The notes beneath the pieces are model-generated. The model saw only the letters and a program-made list of their open reading frames with translations. It ran no database searches and had not been told where the DNA came from. From contig NZ_JBLIEK010000002.1 in the NCBI RefSeq assembly GCF_047632995.1, positions 6,285 to 70,284 on the forward strand: a DNA stretch of 64,000 bases, written 5' to 3'. The position numbers and the translations under genes are program-made. Shown piece after piece: positions 63,418 through 64,000 of this stretch (position 1 is its first letter; each line of letters starts with the position of its first letter). Origin of the DNA: Psychromonas sp. (GTDB taxonomy: Bacteria > Pseudomonadota > Gammaproteobacteria > Enterobacterales > Psychromonadaceae).

Positions 63418-63547
63418 TGCAATATTTTTCGACACACCTAATATGGTTATATTAAGCTACCAGTAAGCGATAAATTAATAATCACATTAAAATACAACGA
63501 GATATATCCATTACAGCATTCAACTAAAAGTGTAAAAAATTTCGACT
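63418..63547. promoter_or_regulatory. Two candidate enhancer boxes (PEP-CTERM/PrsR-type)
   Basis: TGCAATATTTTTCGACA (63418-63434) and TGTAAAAAATTTCGACT (63531-63547), same orientation, upstream of the sigma54 site. Confidence 0.55.
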
Positions 63548-63723
63548 GCCTAAGGTGTTTTGTTTATAGCATCTGCAATTCGTAAAATTTAATCGTCCAT
63601 GGAAAAATAGATTTAGAATAATCCCTCAGATAGCTCACATTTCCACTTATATCCCATACAAACAATAGAATTTTATCTGTATAAAAGGGAGAATCTCACA
63701 TTATAAGTAAATAAAAGGTCCCC

Positions 63724-64000
63724 ATGGAAAATACATTTACACATAACTTACCTAATGCGCAGGGCTACTTTGGTGAATACGGCGGTAGCTTTGTTCCTGA
63801 ACAATTACAAACAATCATGGATCAAATCACGGCAACTTATGATGAGTGTCGCCAAGATCCCGCATTTCGTGCTGAACTGGCGCGCTTATACAAACACTTT
63901 GTGGGTCGTCCAAGCCCAATTTTTCATGCGCAAAACTTATCAAAAAAATATGGCACAGAGATCTATCTTAAACGAGAAGATTTAAACCATACTGGCGCGC
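63724..64000 (+). CDS. trpB: Tryptophan synthase beta chain, 5' partial
   Basis: [25 protein letters not shown]...VGRPSPI...[13 protein letters not shown], running off the window end. Confidence 0.92.
   Translation, partial: MENTFTHNLPNAQGYFGEYGGSFVPEQLQTIMDQITATYDECRQDPAFRAELARLYKHFVGRPSPIFHAQNLSKKYGTEIYLKREDLNHTGA

Overview
Chromosomal window from a marine gammaproteobacterium. Gene content and AT-rich spacers resemble Psychromonas or related Alteromonadales (inference, not database-checked). Layout: aspS and cmoAB; a decayed flagellin 3' fragment; a four-gene operon of TonB-dependent receptor, YfiR-like protein, CHASE8-like hybrid kinase and REC-GGDEF-EAL protein; mixed housekeeping genes with an IS91-like scar, a stand-alone hflX and ERIC-like structured elements. 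An about 18 kb copper-homeostasis cluster (24.0-41.6 kb) follows, with Cus-type RND, CopRS, CopA, CueR, cupredoxins, two heme proteins, three matching CueR promoters, two cop boxes and two candidate RPP leader proteins. Next come an RND efflux/two-component operon, a type II P-type ATPase, and the conserved mltD-gloB-yafS-rnhA-dnaQ-TIGR03503 block. A tRNA-Asp array holds five intact genes plus a tandem family of tRNA-derived repeats with a 14-nt D-loop insertion, intact loops and broken stems. The window ends with a sigma54-type PEP-CTERM gene and the 5' end of a trpB homolog. Best candidates for undescribed biology: the tRNA-Asp-derived repeats, the TonB-YfiR-kinase-c-di-GMP module, and the copper cluster's Met/His-loop cytochrome b562 and RPP leaders. 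No CRISPR array was seen.
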